NCBI GenBank assembly: GCA_964613695.1
Contig: CAZTIR010000001.1
Location: 27,450-91,449 of the forward strand
Direction: 5' to 3'
Origin: an uncultured Desulfurococcales archaeon
Lineage (GTDB): Archaea > Thermoproteota > Thermoprotei_A > Sulfolobales > Pyrodictiaceae
Length of the DNA: 64,000 nucleotides
Shown: one piece after another, positions 27,277 through 38,202 of the stretch
Position numbering within the stretch: the stretch's first letter is position 1
Layout of the letters: the number at the start of each line of letters is the position of its first letter
Notes under the pieces: model-generated
The model's input: only the letters and a program-made list of their open reading frames with translations
What the model was told of the DNA's origin: nothing
Database searches by the model: none
Translations under genes and position numbers: made by a program

Positions 27277-28992
27277 GTGCCCAAACCCAGGAGTAGCCTT
27301 GTACGCGATGGTGTGCTACGCGCCCCTCACCGCAGCCTCATGTACGCCGCTGGCCTCGACCCGGAGCAGGTTTCGAGCGATAAGCCCCTCATAGGCGTGG
27401 TTTCCACCCCCTCCACCCTCATCCCCGGCCACCTCCTAGCCGATAAGGTCGCCGAGGCTGTCGTAGAGGGTGTCGCGGAGGCTGGCGGTATACCGGTTAG
27501 GTTTGCGACGCTGGGGGTCTGCGATGGTATAGCGATGGGCCACGAGGGTATGAAGTATAGCCTAGTCTCGAGGGAGGTTGTCGCGGATAGCATAGAGGTC
27601 ATCGCTGAGGCTCATAGGCTCGACGGCCTCGTGGTGGTGACGGCGTGTGATAAGATGATGCCAGGCGCTTTCATGGCAGCCGCTAGGCTCGACATACCCA
27701 CGGTGGTTGTGAACATTGGACCGATGCTAGCTGGCAGGGGTTTGAGGGGGGAGAGGATAGCCCTCGGCCACGTCTTCGAGGCCGTCGGGGCTAGGCTCTC
27801 TGGCAGGATGAGCGACGAGGAGTTGAAGAGGGTGGAGCTGGGCGCGCTTCCCACACCCGGCAGCTGCGCCGGCCTCTACACGGCTAACACCATGGCTCTC
27901 CTGGGCGAGGCTCTGGGCCTCATACTGCCCGGCACTGCTACGATACCAGCAGTCTCGTCTAGGAGGATACACGCCGCGCGCAGGGCTGGCCGTGTTGCGG
28001 TGAAGCTTGTGGAGAAGTGGCTTACGCCAAGAAAGCTCATGACGCGCGACGCCTTCCTAAACGCTATCGCCGTTGATGTGGCCACCGGCGGCTCTACCAA
28101 TGCCGTCCTACACCTCCTCGCCATAGCCGAGGAGGCCGACGTCAAGATATCGCTCGGGGACTTCGACGAGGTGTCGAAGAAGACCCCGTGGGTTGCGAAC
28201 CTCGAGCCCGGGGGCCACTACTACCTCGAGGATCTGGATGCCGTTGGCGGGGTCCCGGTGATAGCGAAGGTGTTGGCGGAGAAAGGGGTCTTCAACCTAG
28301 GCGTCATGGCGGCCGATGGGAGGACGTGGAGGGAGATTGTCGAGAAGGCTCCCGACCCCGACGGCGAGGTGGTTAAGAGCGCCTCGCAGCCCATCCAGCC
28401 CACCGGCTCCCTGCGAGTGCTCTACGGTAGCCTCGCCCCCGAGGGAGCTGTGCTGAAGCTGGCTAGGGTGGAGAGGCTCACCTTCCGGGGCAGGGCGAGG
28501 GTCTTCAACAGCGAGGAGGAGGCTATACGGGCGGTGGAGGAGGGGCGTATCGAGAAGGGGGACGTCATCGTGATTAGATACGAGGGGCCGGCTGGAGGAC
28601 CCGGCATGAGGGAGATGCTGCAGGTGACGGCGGCTGTAGTCGGAGCCGGGCTAGGCCCCCACGTGGCCATGGTCACTGATGGGAGGTTCAGCGGGGCCAC
28701 AAGGGGCCTCATGGTGGGCCACGTTAGCCCCGAGGCTATGGTGGGAGGCCCCATAGCCCTAGTCGAGGATGGGGACGAGATACTCATAGACGTAAAGGAG
28801 GGTAGGCTAGACCTGCTGGTCGACGAGGAGGAGCTTAGAGAGAGGAGGGCGAGGTGGAGGCCCCCCGAGGAGAAGGTGAAGTACCTGGCGGAGAAGGCGG
28901 CGCGTAACAGCGTGCTCTACCGCTACCACCTCCTAGCCTGCAGCGCCTCGAGGGGAGCGGTGCTAAAGTGCCCGAAGAAGCCGGTGGCTTGA
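27277..28992 (+). CDS. ilvD: Dihydroxy-acid dehydratase
   Basis: [37 protein letters not shown]. Confidence 0.96.
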   Translation: MPKPRSSLVRDGVLRAPHRSLMYAAGLDPEQVSSDKPLIGVVSTPSTLIPGHLLADKVAEAVVEGVAEAGGIPVRFATLGVCDGIAMGHEGMKYSLVSREVVADSIEVIAEAHRLDGLVVVTACDKMMPGAFMAAARLDIPTVVVNIGPMLAGRGLRGERIALGHVFEAVGARLSGRMSDEELKRVELGALPTPGSCAGLYTANTMALLGEALGLILPGTATIPAVSSRRIHAARRAGRVAVKLVEKWLTPRKLMTRDAFLNAIAVDVATGGSTNAVLHLLAIAEEADVKISLGDFDEVSKKTPWVANLEPGGHYYLEDLDAVGGVPVIAKVLAEKGVFNLGVMAADGRTWREIVEKAPDPDGEVVKSASQPIQPTGSLRVLYGSLAPEGAVLKLARVERLTFRGRARVFNSEEEAIRAVEEGRIEKGDVIVIRYEGPAGGPGMREMLQVTAAVVGAGLGPHVAMVTDGRFSGATRGLMVGHVSPEAMVGGPIALVEDGDEILIDVKEGRLDLLVDEEELRERRARWRPPEEKVKYLAEKAARNSVLYRYHLLACSASRGAVLKCPKKPVA

Positions 28993-28994
28993 GA

Positions 28995-29063
28995 GGCTCG
29001 GCTCCTGCCGGACTCTTCACCGGCCAACAGGCCTCGGTTGGTGGGACCAAGCTCCTCACAGCC
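28995..29063 (-). ncRNA. Candidate box C/D sRNA guiding 16S rRNA 5' region methylation
   Basis: GGCU-GUGAGGA-GCUUGGUCCCACCAA-CCGA-GGCCUGUUGGCC hairpin-GUGAAGA-GUCCGGCAGGAG-CCGA-GCC; D guide complementary to archaeal 16S UCCUGCCGGAC (recalled consensus). Confidence 0.8.
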
Positions 29064-29656
29064 TAGGGGCTGTACTCCGCGTAGAGCACCGTATAGCCCT
29101 TCTTCCTCGCGAGAACCTCGAAACCCCCGAAAACCTGCTCCATGAGCCTCGCTATCCTCTCGGCGCCCTTCCGGAGAACCATCTGCAGGCTACCACCCTC
29201 CACCAGGTGCCCCGGAGCCTCCCTGACAATAGCCTCGACCACCCTCATGCCAGCCGCTAGCGGCGGATTAGAGAATATGGCGTTGAACCTCAGACCCTTA
29301 ACCGGCTCGTACAGGTTACCCTGCAGGACCACTACGCGATCCTCCACCCGGTTCAGCCTAGCGTTATACCTCGCGAGCTCAACCGCCCGGGGGTTGATAT
29401 CGATCATGTAGACGCGTAGGCGGGGGTTGAGCTTCGCCAACGTAACGCCTATGACGCCGTACCCGCAGCCCATGTCGAGTACAACCCCCTCCTCGGGGAT
29501 CCTAGCGTACTCCAGGAGTAGCTTCGTGCCCTCATCAACCTCGTCGGCCGAGAACACGTCGCCCGACACCTTGAACTCCACGCCAACGCCGCGGATGACG
29601 TCGCTGATTACCCATGTCCCGCGGTACCGCCTAGGCCTCTTATAGTAGTGGCTCAG
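29063..29656 (-). CDS. Class I SAM methyltransferase (RsmC/YbxB small-domain family), probable CTG start
   Basis: SHYY N-terminus, GDVFS...VDEGT, LDMGCGYG, SNPP; no ATG/GTG/TTG in frame between the upstream TAG and 29581. Confidence 0.85.
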   Translation of the reverse strand: MSHYYKRPRRYRGTWVISDVIRGVGVEFKVSGDVFSADEVDEGTKLLLEYARIPEEGVVLDMGCGYGVIGVTLAKLNPRLRVYMIDINPRAVELARYNARLNRVEDRVVVLQGNLYEPVKGLRFNAIFSNPPLAAGMRVVEAIVREAPGHLVEGGSLQMVLRKGAERIARLMEQVFGGFEVLARKKGYTVLYAEYSP

Positions 29657-30549
29657 GGCCCACCCCTGGAGCGTATCCTGAGAGACTCCCTATAACCCGT
29701 TATAAACGCGCTCGCGATGACGAGAGCCGCGCCAATCCACTGGAGTGGTTCAAGGCTCTCACCCAGCAGCGCCACTGAGAGGAGGAGGGCTGCAAGCGGC
29801 AGGAGGTTCACGTATATGTTTGTCGAGGCCGCCCCGATGATCTTGACAGCTGTTAGCCAAGCAAGGTAGGCGATGAACCCGGGCGCTACAGCCACGTAGA
29901 CTAGGAGGAGCAGGATTGGGGGCTTTGAGGAGAGGGCTGCTATGCTGCCGGCCAGGAAGGGGGCCGCTATCGCGAAGTTCACGGGGGCTACGCTTAGTGT
30001 GCTCGCCGCAAGCACCCGTATAGGGTGTTCACCGGCAACCACCCTCTTCGACCATACCGTGTACACCGCCCATACTGCAACAGAAGCCAGCGCTATCAAC
30101 GCCCCTATGCCCGAGCCCGGATCCAGCCTCAAACCCTCATACTCTATGAGATAGACGCCGAGGAAGCCGAGGAGAGCAGCCGAGACCAGAAGCGCGTCAA
30201 GCCTCTCCATGCGCATTAGCCACGCGAGGAGCAGGGTCGCTACGGGAACCAAGCCGATGATTATAGCCACTAGGGATGCTGGCGCGAAACGCAGCGAGAG
30301 GTATAGCAGGTCGCTGAACCCGGTTATCCCGAGAACCCCTAGGGCAAGAAGCCCGAGCGTGAACCTGGGCCTCCCAACGGTTAGGGCCGCGTAGGCGTAG
30401 AGGAGAATACCAGCCAGGAGCCAGCGTAGAGCGGTAAGCGCGAAGGGGTGCACACCGCTAGTCACTATCACACGAGAGGCTACAATGTTTGTAGCCCATA
30501 GCACGGGCGCCAGGCTGGCCAACAATACCCCGGCCACACGACTCTTCAA
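29653..30549 (-). CDS. EamA/DMT family transporter
   Basis: LWATN, ALRWLLA, 10-TM duplicated pattern, NLLPL. Confidence 0.9.
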   Translation of the reverse strand: MKSRVAGVLLASLAPVLWATNIVASRVIVTSGVHPFALTALRWLLAGILLYAYAALTVGRPRFTLGLLALGVLGITGFSDLLYLSLRFAPASLVAIIIGLVPVATLLLAWLMRMERLDALLVSAALLGFLGVYLIEYEGLRLDPGSGIGALIALASVAVWAVYTVWSKRVVAGEHPIRVLAASTLSVAPVNFAIAAPFLAGSIAALSSKPPILLLLVYVAVAPGFIAYLAWLTAVKIIGAASTNIYVNLLPLAALLLSVALLGESLEPLQWIGAALVIASAFITGYRESLRIRSRGGP

Positions 30550-31670
30550 GACGATCTCCTCTTCCTCCTCGCCGGTCTAGGCGTCCTACGCCTCTTCTCC
30601 CTCCTCTCCTCACCCTCTCCTTTAGCCTCACCCTCCTTCCTCCTCTTCCACATCCTGGGATAGACACCGGGCTTCATGACAACACGTTGTATCCTAAACG
30701 CTATGCCCTTCTCGGCCTTAGCAACCTGCTCCGCATCCATAGCAGCCTTCGCTATGGCCACCAGCTCCCCTTTGAGAGTGAAGATGGCCACTATATCACC
30801 CTTCCTTATGTGAGCGTGTAGCCTAGCTATACCCGGGACCGCGAGATGCGCCCCATGAGCTATAGCGTCCACGGCAGAGTCCCTAACAACCACCTTCTTC
30901 AGGTGGGCCACCGCGTACTCCATCGGGAGTATATACCTCCTTAGCAGATCCTCGCGCCCCTCCTCCTTCCAGGCGTAGAGGGCCTCGCTAAGCTCCTGGA
31001 GGCGGACTAGCCCCATAGCCTCGCGGAAGGGGCCGCTCTTAGTCCTCCTCAACTCCCTCATGTGAGCACCAACGCCGAGATAGAGGCCGATATCGTGGCA
31101 CAACTTCCTCATGTAGGTGCCGGGGTCGCAGTAGACCCTCATTAGGGCATAACGCCCGGTGAACTCGAGAAGCTCTATATCGTAGATGGTCTTGGTTCTA
31201 AGGCTTCTCTTCACACTGCTCCGCAGGGGAGGCCTCTGGTAGATAGTCCCGGTGAAGAACCTGATAGCCTCCACAAGCCTCCTCTCCTCGACGTCGCCGT
31301 GTAGCTGCATCACGCACACATACTCCTTCGGCGTGTGCACGACAAGCCCTATAATCTTCGTAGCCTCCTCGAGAGCTACCGGCAGCACCCCCGTGACCTT
31401 AGGGTCTAGTGTGCCACCGTGGCCAGCCTTGCTAAGCCCGAACATCCTCTTAATCCACGCCACAACCTCGTGACTAGTGGGCCCCGGCGGCTTGTCGAGG
31501 GGTATGACGCCCATGCGTATATGCTGCTCTATCGGCCTAGCCCACGGCGGCGTACCGTAATCGGGGCTCGTATCCTCCTCCACCTTCACAATCCACTCGC
31601 TCTTAACGCCACCGATCTCGTCGAGCTTCTGTATGAACTCGAGACCCTTTCTGGTGAGCTCGCTGCTCAA
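30546..31670 (-). CDS. cbf5: H/ACA RNA-guided pseudouridine synthase Cbf5 with basic C-terminal tail
   Basis: [31 protein letters not shown] domain. Confidence 0.97.
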   Translation of the reverse strand: MSSELTRKGLEFIQKLDEIGGVKSEWIVKVEEDTSPDYGTPPWARPIEQHIRMGVIPLDKPPGPTSHEVVAWIKRMFGLSKAGHGGTLDPKVTGVLPVALEEATKIIGLVVHTPKEYVCVMQLHGDVEERRLVEAIRFFTGTIYQRPPLRSSVKRSLRTKTIYDIELLEFTGRYALMRVYCDPGTYMRKLCHDIGLYLGVGAHMRELRRTKSGPFREAMGLVRLQELSEALYAWKEEGREDLLRRYILPMEYAVAHLKKVVVRDSAVDAIAHGAHLAVPGIARLHAHIRKGDIVAIFTLKGELVAIAKAAMDAEQVAKAEKGIAFRIQRVVMKPGVYPRMWKRRKEGEAKGEGEERREKRRRTPRPARRKRRSS

Positions 31671-31748
31671 CCCCGTCCCCGGGTTCGGGTAGAGCAGGGC
31701 GGGTATAAGCGAGAAGATGACAACCTACCAGTACTGGGAGTATGCAAG

Positions 31749-31958
31749 ATGGGAGAGGTATTCAAGCCGGGTATACCCCCAGGCCGCGACGTTGCACACC
31801 TGCTGCCACACCACTCCCGCGTACCCCCCGTGGCGCTGCTGGTGCCGAGATTCAGGCTAAAGTGCGTGAAGTGCGGGAGGGTCTTCGAGGACGTGATAGA
31901 GGCGTATAGGCATCAAAACGAGTGCCCGGATGCATGCTTCAAGATAATGCTCGGTTAG
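31749..31958 (+). CDS. Small zinc-finger protein (C2H2/C2HC-like), 69 aa
   Basis: [21 protein letters not shown]; ATG 8 nt after GGGAG; stop codon interlocked with the rpl14e stop. Confidence 0.55.
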   Translation: MGEVFKPGIPPGRDVAHLLPHHSRVPPVALLVPRFRLKCVKCGRVFEDVIEAYRHQNECPDACFKIMLG

Positions 31959-32254
31959 AAGAGGAGCCCCGGCTTCAACTGCACCTTTACACGCTCGCGC
32001 ATGAAGTCGAGGAGCCCGGCCTCCTCGAGAGCCTTCTTGACCTCCTCGTCGCTCGCACCGGGCTTGATGTTTATCTTCTCCGGGAGAACCTCAATGTGAT
32101 CGATGTTAGCCCTTCTCCTCTTCACGCCGCTAACATCCTTAGGCCCGGTTATCAGTACGAAATTCTCGTCTATGATGTCGACGATCACGCACTTCCTCCC
32201 CGCCTCCCTGCCGCGCAGCTTCACGCACAACCTGCCTACCTCGATGGCGGGCAT
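31955..32254 (-). CDS. rpl14e: 50S ribosomal protein L14e
   Basis: [20 protein letters not shown]; operon position. Confidence 0.96.
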   Translation of the reverse strand: MPAIEVGRLCVKLRGREAGRKCVIVDIIDENFVLITGPKDVSGVKRRRANIDHIEVLPEKINIKPGASDEEVKKALEEAGLLDFMRERVKVQLKPGLLF

Positions 32255-32295
32255 CTCGTACCCCCCGGGAAGCCGGTGACGAGCCAGAGCCCCTT

Positions 32296-32850
32296 TTAAC
32301 CGCTACGTGATAGAACCTTCTCGACAAAAGAGCGTATCACCAGGTACGTCTCCTCTATGCCGAGCTTCGACGTGTCAATTACAAGATCGAATATGGATAA
32401 GTCGCTTATATCGACACCATAGTAGTCGAGGAACCTTAGCCGGTGGAGCCTCTCCCTCTCAAGGGTCTCGCGTAGAGCCACGTTAACCGGTACACCGTCG
32501 CGAGCCGCTATACGCCTTACACGAACCTCGAGCGGGGCAGTCACGTATATCTTGACGTCGGCTACGTCACGGAGTATCCATGCTACAAGATGCCCCTCTA
32601 TAACAGCCCCGCCCTTCAACCCAACCTCGTATGTCATCCTATCTATCTCGAGGTCTATGCTCGGGTCTGTCGCCGCCAACCGGTTCAACTCTAGGAGCGT
32701 TAACCCGCGTCGACGCGCGAGCTCACGGAAGAAGCCGCCGGCCGAGTAGAACTCTAGCCCGAGATCCTCGGCGAGGCGCTTAGCATAGGTCGTCTTCCCG
32801 CTACCGGGAGGCCCGCTGACAGCGATAACAGGGCCCCTTCTTCCGGCCAA
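32296..32850 (-). CDS. cmk: Cytidylate kinase
   Basis: [15 protein letters not shown]; operon position. Confidence 0.93.
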   Translation of the reverse strand: MAGRRGPVIAVSGPPGSGKTTYAKRLAEDLGLEFYSAGGFFRELARRRGLTLLELNRLAATDPSIDLEIDRMTYEVGLKGGAVIEGHLVAWILRDVADVKIYVTAPLEVRVRRIAARDGVPVNVALRETLERERLHRLRFLDYYGVDISDLSIFDLVIDTSKLGIEETYLVIRSFVEKVLSRSG

Positions 32851-32864
32851 AAACCCACCCGTGT

Positions 32865-33188
32865 TTATGCACTCGTAGCAGCCTCCCTAGCCTTTCTAAG
32901 CTCCTCCAACTGCTTCACAATCTGCGTTCGAATAGTGAGCTTCAACACCTTCTCGAGGCACTCGTGGCAGAGGACCCCGCCGAATATCCTCTCCGGCCTC
33001 TTCGCGGTCTTGGGCAGCTTCCTGAGCTCAGAGGGCCTCAGCCTAGGCACGCCGTTCAACGGCCTACCGCAGAGCGCGCAACGGGCGGGCCCCGGCCTCC
33101 TAGGCTCATAGTGTACTACGGTCTCGCCTCCAGGCGTTCTAACGTACACTCTCCTCTTCGACCTCGTTCTCAACCCTGGCCTCGGCAA
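32865..33188 (-). CDS. rpl34e: 50S ribosomal protein L34e
   Basis: [22 protein letters not shown]; TTG start after GGGGTGG. Confidence 0.95.
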   Translation of the reverse strand: MPRPGLRTRSKRRVYVRTPGGETVVHYEPRRPGPARCALCGRPLNGVPRLRPSELRKLPKTAKRPERIFGGVLCHECLEKVLKLTIRTQIVKQLEELRKAREAATSA

Positions 33189-33215
33189 CGCTCCACCCCC
33201 GCAACCCGACCCCAC

Positions 33216-33683
33216 TCAGCCACTAGTTCTTAACCGCGGCGGGGCCATGTAGATGAAGACGAGGCTTAGGAGTGATAGTAGAACCGCTTGCACAGCCGTG
33301 TACCAGACTCCACCCCTATAGGGTATCGTGAAGAGGGGTATTGGGGCGGGTGCGGGGTAGAGGCGCGGGAATAGCTTCAGCATGACACCACTCGCCCCTA
33401 TATAGGCGATGGTGTAGAGCACCCCACGCGCGATGGACACCCGGATCACGAGCCTACGGTGCGACGCCAGCCTAGCGTCTAGCAGTGCGGCCTTCCGTGC
33501 AGCCCTCCTGCCGCCCCTCCTGCGCAACGATACAATCCTCGCCCCACTCTCCTCGATAAACGCTATAGCCTCGAGGAAGCGCCTGGGGTCGAAGATAGAC
33601 CAGAGTATAGACTCGGCCGCGTAGAGGAGCAGGGCCGAGAACCCCATTGATAAAAACGCGAGTAGTATAGGCTCTAGGCTCAT
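33216..33683 (-). CDS. Divergent DUF106/EMC3-TMCO1-like membrane protein (positional assignment)
   Basis: TM-coiled coil-TM-TM layout; sits between adk and rpl34e, where DUF106 normally lies. Confidence 0.55.
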   Translation of the reverse strand: MSLEPILLAFLSMGFSALLLYAAESILWSIFDPRRFLEAIAFIEESGARIVSLRRRGGRRAARKAALLDARLASHRRLVIRVSIARGVLYTIAYIGASGVMLKLFPRLYPAPAPIPLFTIPYRGGVWYTAVQAVLLSLLSLVFIYMAPPRLRTSG

Positions 33684-33687
33684 TCCT

Positions 33688-34311
33688 TCACCTCAGGCGA
33701 TGTATCAAATCGAGTATCCTAGAGGCGGCCTCCTCGGGCCTCCCCTCCGGGTTCTCGACTATGAATACGCTACTGGCGGTCAACACGGCGCTAGCCATGG
33801 CGGCTGTCCTAGCCATCTGCATCAACTCTCTAAGCTCCTCGACACCACCCATATCCTCCCTATACCTCGTCTTATCCCTCTGCCTCCTAGCTATCACCAG
33901 CTCCGGATCAGCCTCTATCACCACGATGCTATCGGGCTTCAAGACCTCTATAACGTGCCTAGGCAGCCCGGGCCAGTAGCCGGTAACCGTCTTGATAACA
34001 CTATGGGTATCCACCACGAGAACGCCACCATCGCCGAGCTCCGCTGAAGCATCCCTGACTATAGCCTCGGCCGCCCACTTCTGTAGATCGAGCTGCGTCT
34101 GGAGAGGCAGCTTCCTAATCTCATCCCTATGCTCCACTAGACCCTTCTCCCTAGCAACCTTGAGCATATAGTCGCCGAAGTTCACGAGCTTGAGCTTCAA
34201 ACCCTCCCTCGACGCGAGCTCCGTGAGCTTCGTGAGAACCGTGGTCTTACCCACGCCGGGGACGCCCGTCACTATCACAGTGGTGAAGGGGTTGCGAAGC
34301 TCTACCATCAC
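33688..34311 (-). CDS. adk: Archaeal adenylate kinase
   Basis: GVPGVGKTT, NFGDYM, VDTH, GYWPGLP. Confidence 0.95.
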   Translation of the reverse strand: MMVELRNPFTTVIVTGVPGVGKTTVLTKLTELASREGLKLKLVNFGDYMLKVAREKGLVEHRDEIRKLPLQTQLDLQKWAAEAIVRDASAELGDGGVLVVDTHSVIKTVTGYWPGLPRHVIEVLKPDSIVVIEADPELVIARRQRDKTRYREDMGGVEELRELMQMARTAAMASAVLTASSVFIVENPEGRPEEAASRILDLIHRLR

Positions 34312-34351
34312 CTACACCCCCAGGCCATGCTCAGCCCACGTTTGAAAAGTG

Positions 34352-35731
34352 TTACTCGCCGAGAAGGCGGCGTAGCAGCGGGTACATCTCGAGGGTTCTC
34401 TCGTATATCAGCAGCTGGTAGAAGTTTATCGCTATGCCCGTTGCCAGCAGTAGACCAGAGCCGGTGCCGTAAGCCCCGAAGAAGTCAGCCACAACCGCGA
34501 GAGCGCCCACGATGATGCTGCTGAGGAGCGTGAGCGGGTAGATGTACTTGGCGAGAAGAGCCTCCAGTATCTTCTTGTTCCTCCTGAGACCCGGCACCTC
34601 GAAACCAGACTTGATGAGGTTCTCCGCCTGCTTGTCCGGGCTTAGGCCAGCGAGGTCAACCCATAGTTTGCCAAAGAGTATGGACAAGAGTATCCACGCC
34701 ACCGCGCTGGTCACGTCGCGCACCGGGTCTTTAGCGACTTGTGCTAGCCCGCGTGGCGTCGAGATGTAATGCTGGAGGGCGTCTAAGAACTGGGCAACAG
34801 GGCCGGGCGCTAATGTCTTCGCTATATTCGTTAGTATGCCTAGATCAGCCACCAGTATTGCAACTAGGAGTATCGGGATGTTGGTCACGTAGATGAAGTT
34901 AAGCGGTATCCTAGTCCTTATACCGCGCAGACGCGGGCCCGTCACCGGTATCTCGACGCGCATCAACTGGAGGTACGTCAATACAACTATCAGCACAAAC
35001 GTCGCAATGAGGCCAACGAGGTCGGGTAGCGTGGGGTACGGGGATATTATAGTATCCTTTAGGTCGCCCATCCAGAGCCTCGGGATGAGACCGAGCGGGA
35101 CCCTAAGCCCTGGCAACTCGTTTGGCGAGAAGATGAGGAGCACTATCCTCTTCGACACGCCGGCCAGGATGAAGAGGCTGAGCGCCGAGCCAATACCCCA
35201 GCCCCGCTGCAGCATCTCATCAAACCAGATGATTAGGAGGGTTGCGAAGACCAGCTGGGGGACTATCAGGAGCCTGGTAGCTAGGCCAGCTGTACACGTT
35301 CCACCCACATTCCAGAACGCACAACCCGCTGCATAAGCGAGCGCCTCCAGAGTAGCGAATATCAGCGAGAGCGTCTTCTGCGCACCCATGAATATCTTCT
35401 GATCCTCTGGCTTAGTGAGGTCGAGCTTGATTACACCAGTGCCGATCAGCACCTCGAGCACGAGACCAGCAGTGACGATAGGGCCTATGCCTAGCGTCGC
35501 GAGTGTACCAAAGCTTATACCGAGTATGATCTGGGCGAGGGCTAGAGACGGGTTACCCTGCTGCGGCCTGACGACAACACCGTAGAGTGGCACAACAGTC
35601 ATTATGAAGTAGAGGACTACGACGAGGAAGGTTATGAATAGCCTTGTTGGCAGCGACGGTCTCCTAGCCGGCTTCTCGACAACCGGTATATACTTCGCTG
35701 CCGCTGCGAGCGCTTCTAGGATACCTGTCAC
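34352..35731 (-). CDS. secY: Preprotein translocase SecY
   Basis: LGIGPIVTA, GWGIGS, YVTNIP, GTGSGLLL. Confidence 0.97.
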   Translation of the reverse strand: MTGILEALAAAAKYIPVVEKPARRPSLPTRLFITFLVVVLYFIMTVVPLYGVVVRPQQGNPSLALAQIILGISFGTLATLGIGPIVTAGLVLEVLIGTGVIKLDLTKPEDQKIFMGAQKTLSLIFATLEALAYAAGCAFWNVGGTCTAGLATRLLIVPQLVFATLLIIWFDEMLQRGWGIGSALSLFILAGVSKRIVLLIFSPNELPGLRVPLGLIPRLWMGDLKDTIISPYPTLPDLVGLIATFVLIVVLTYLQLMRVEIPVTGPRLRGIRTRIPLNFIYVTNIPILLVAILVADLGILTNIAKTLAPGPVAQFLDALQHYISTPRGLAQVAKDPVRDVTSAVAWILLSILFGKLWVDLAGLSPDKQAENLIKSGFEVPGLRRNKKILEALLAKYIYPLTLLSSIIVGALAVVADFFGAYGTGSGLLLATGIAINFYQLLIYERTLEMYPLLRRLLGE

Positions 35732-35781
35732 TATCGACCCCGAGCGCCCTACCCCGCGTCCGTTTAAAAACGGCTCTCTTT

Positions 35782-36246
35782 TTACTCACCGCCCTCCTCG
35801 CCGCCGAGCAGGGTTACCTCGCCGCCAGCAGCCTTAATCTTCTCGATAGCCTTCTCGGTAGCCCTTGGCACTAGGACGTGCACGGGTTTAGTGATCCGCC
35901 CCTTGCCTAGGAGCACGTTATAGCCTAGCTCCGCGAGGTTAACTACTATCTTATCGCCTTCTTTACGCGCAAGACCCTCCCTTAGCCACGCGTCTATCTT
36001 CTCGTCGAGCTCGCCCACGTTAATCTCGCGGGGTTTCACCATGAGCTGGTCTGGGCGGTTGAAGCCGTGCTTGCCGAACCATGTTGGGGCATACTTTACA
36101 ACCCAGGTCCACATATGCTTGTGCATGCCAGCGGCGCCGAAACCGCCCTTAGAGCCGCTCTTCCTGTGCTGGCCTATCCTGCCATACCCCATGCTCCTAG
36201 TCCTGCCGCGTAGCTTGCGACTCTTCTTCCTCCGCCTAACTACCAT
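35782..36246 (-). CDS. rpl15: 50S ribosomal protein L15
   Basis: RIGQHRKSG, FGKHGF, KIKAAGG. Confidence 0.96.
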   Translation of the reverse strand: MVVRRRKKSRKLRGRTRSMGYGRIGQHRKSGSKGGFGAAGMHKHMWTWVVKYAPTWFGKHGFNRPDQLMVKPREINVGELDEKIDAWLREGLARKEGDKIVVNLAELGYNVLLGKGRITKPVHVLVPRATEKAIEKIKAAGGEVTLLGGEEGGE

Positions 36247-36265
36247 GCCACGCCCCCCTCCACGC

Positions 36266-36808
36266 TCACAACATGCGCCTAATAAGCTCGTTTATAGCGT
36301 AGCCGCGGTAGCCTAGCTCGCCTCCAGCACCGTAGGGCTTCTTTATACTACCCTTGAAGCCCCCGCGCGGCGGGTGTAGGCGGAACACCGGCTTTATTAT
36401 CCACACGTGGCGCCTAGTATCGTACAGCTTGTGGAGCATTATCTCGCCCCTTAGCAGCTTATCTGCGAGCTCCTCTATGCCGCCCTTGAGGCCCAGTCTC
36501 TCCCTCACATACTCGTCGGTCAGCGGCTTGTCTCCAGGCACGCGGCCCCGTCTACGCAGAAGCTCTATCAGCGTATCTCTATCGATCTCCCCCCACGTCA
36601 CCCAGTCTTTGACCGTCTCTAGCATACCCTCGATGCCCGGTAGGGTCGAGGGGTAGAGGACGAGGTGGAACTTCCGGTGGAGTCGTAGCTGCTCGAGGGT
36701 CCTACGCACCCTGGGCGGTACACCAACCCTACCCCTAATCCTGATTATAGCGTAGAGCTTGACCTGCTGCCCCGCGGGCGGTACGCTAGCCTTCTGGGCG
36801 GTGCTCAT
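36266..36808 (-). CDS. rpl30: 50S ribosomal protein L30
   Basis: AIIRIRG, FRLHPPRGG, GELGYRG. Confidence 0.95.
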   Translation of the reverse strand: MSTAQKASVPPAGQQVKLYAIIRIRGRVGVPPRVRRTLEQLRLHRKFHLVLYPSTLPGIEGMLETVKDWVTWGEIDRDTLIELLRRRGRVPGDKPLTDEYVRERLGLKGGIEELADKLLRGEIMLHKLYDTRRHVWIIKPVFRLHPPRGGFKGSIKKPYGAGGELGYRGYAINELIRRML

Positions 36809-36825
36809 ACGGTAACCCCCTCCCT

Positions 36826-37464
36826 CTACCTAACCTCCGGCCAGTCTACGGGTGTGACGAACTGGTACGTCTGCTTAAGAGCGTTGTACGTCGCCTTCAC
36901 GAAGTTTATCGTCGTCCTCGTCTCGCCCTTGGTGAAGGTCCACACGTCGCGTATACCAGCCAAGCGCAGCACAACCTTAGCTGCCTCGCCCGCCACGAGC
37001 CCAGTGCCCTTGGGCGCCGGCTTCAGGACGACAACAACACTACCGCTCTTACCGCGGACTGTGAAAGGCACGCTATGAGGCTCGCCGCACATGCACTCCC
37101 AGCTGCCACAACCTCTCCTAACCGGTATGATGTTCAGCTTGGCGTTCCTAAGCGCCTTCTCGATGGCCGTCCTCAGCTGCCTAGCCTTCCCCTGCCCAGC
37201 GCCCACAAGCCCATCCCCGTTGCCGATCACGACGACCACACGGAACCTCGTGATGCGGCCGGCATCGGTCATCTTCTGGACGAGGCTCACGTCCACAGTC
37301 TCGTGCTTGAGGTCGGGGACAAGCCAGTCCACTATCTCGGGCTCGAGTATCGGCAGGTTCTTCTCGAATATCTCGTAGATGCTCTTAATCTTACCCTCCT
37401 TCACAAGCCTGCCCACATACGTGCGAGGCTGCCACTCCTCGAGGCTAGCCTGCCCCAGCGCCAC
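36826..37464 (-). CDS. rps5: 30S ribosomal protein S5
   Basis: [25 protein letters not shown]. Confidence 0.97.
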   Translation of the reverse strand: MALGQASLEEWQPRTYVGRLVKEGKIKSIYEIFEKNLPILEPEIVDWLVPDLKHETVDVSLVQKMTDAGRITRFRVVVVIGNGDGLVGAGQGKARQLRTAIEKALRNAKLNIIPVRRGCGSWECMCGEPHSVPFTVRGKSGSVVVVLKPAPKGTGLVAGEAAKVVLRLAGIRDVWTFTKGETRTTINFVKATYNALKQTYQFVTPVDWPEVR

Positions 37465-38092
37465 TCTCTACACCCCCTCCACGAACCGCCGCCAACACGT
37501 CCTTATAATCCTCCAGGATGCGGCGCTTAACCTCCTCGAAGTGCTTCGGCAGCTCCCTCGGATCCAGCCCCGCCTTGAGATACATGCTGAACCTCCTCTC
37601 AAACAGCTCCGGATTCTGGGCAGCCAGCATCTCGGCATACTTCGCTATATGCTCGCCCCTGATCCTATCCTCGCTCGGGGCAACCTCCTCGCTCATGGGT
37701 ACCTCGAGGCCTACATCATTAGCAGCCTTTATCGCCGCGAATACCTTAGCACCGCGGGTGGGCCTATGCAACCCTATATCCGGCGCAGCGTAGCGTATAC
37801 CAGCCTTCAAAGCCCGCAGCGCCGCCAAGAGCCCGGTGAGGTAGGCTGCTGGCACGTTCTTCGTGCCACCCTTCCACCCGTACCTCTTCACAAGCTCCCT
37901 ACTGTGAGCAGCCGCGACTGTGATATCACCCTCAGGCTTAGCCTTCACGACCATAACCCAGATGTACTTGTTCGTCTTGCGCACAACGAACCTAGGGTGC
38001 CCCGAGAGTATCATAACATACCTCTTATAGTAGTTGGTCTTGCCCTCGCGCCTACGCCTCCTTGGCACCTTGTAGCGTGGTCCCCTCGCCAT
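37445..38092 (-). CDS. rpl18: 50S ribosomal protein L18
   Basis: [19 protein letters not shown]. Confidence 0.97.
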   Translation of the reverse strand: MARGPRYKVPRRRRREGKTNYYKRYVMILSGHPRFVVRKTNKYIWVMVVKAKPEGDITVAAAHSRELVKRYGWKGGTKNVPAAYLTGLLAALRALKAGIRYAAPDIGLHRPTRGAKVFAAIKAANDVGLEVPMSEEVAPSEDRIRGEHIAKYAEMLAAQNPELFERRFSMYLKAGLDPRELPKHFEEVKRRILEDYKDVLAAVRGGGVESGAGAG

Positions 38093-38202
38093 CCACGAGC
38101 CCTTGCAACCCGAGAGAATCCCGCCCTTAAAAGTTAGAATCCTAGGCCGGGGGCCCGCGGCCAGAGCTTCACAAAATAAGAGAGGCGGGGGAGCGACCCC
38201 TG

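Noticed and set aside
30546-31670. Intron in cbf5, known from several crenarchaea
   Set aside because: The frame is continuous, and the N-terminal region ([24 protein letters not shown]) shows no insertion or bulge-helix-bulge element that I could see.
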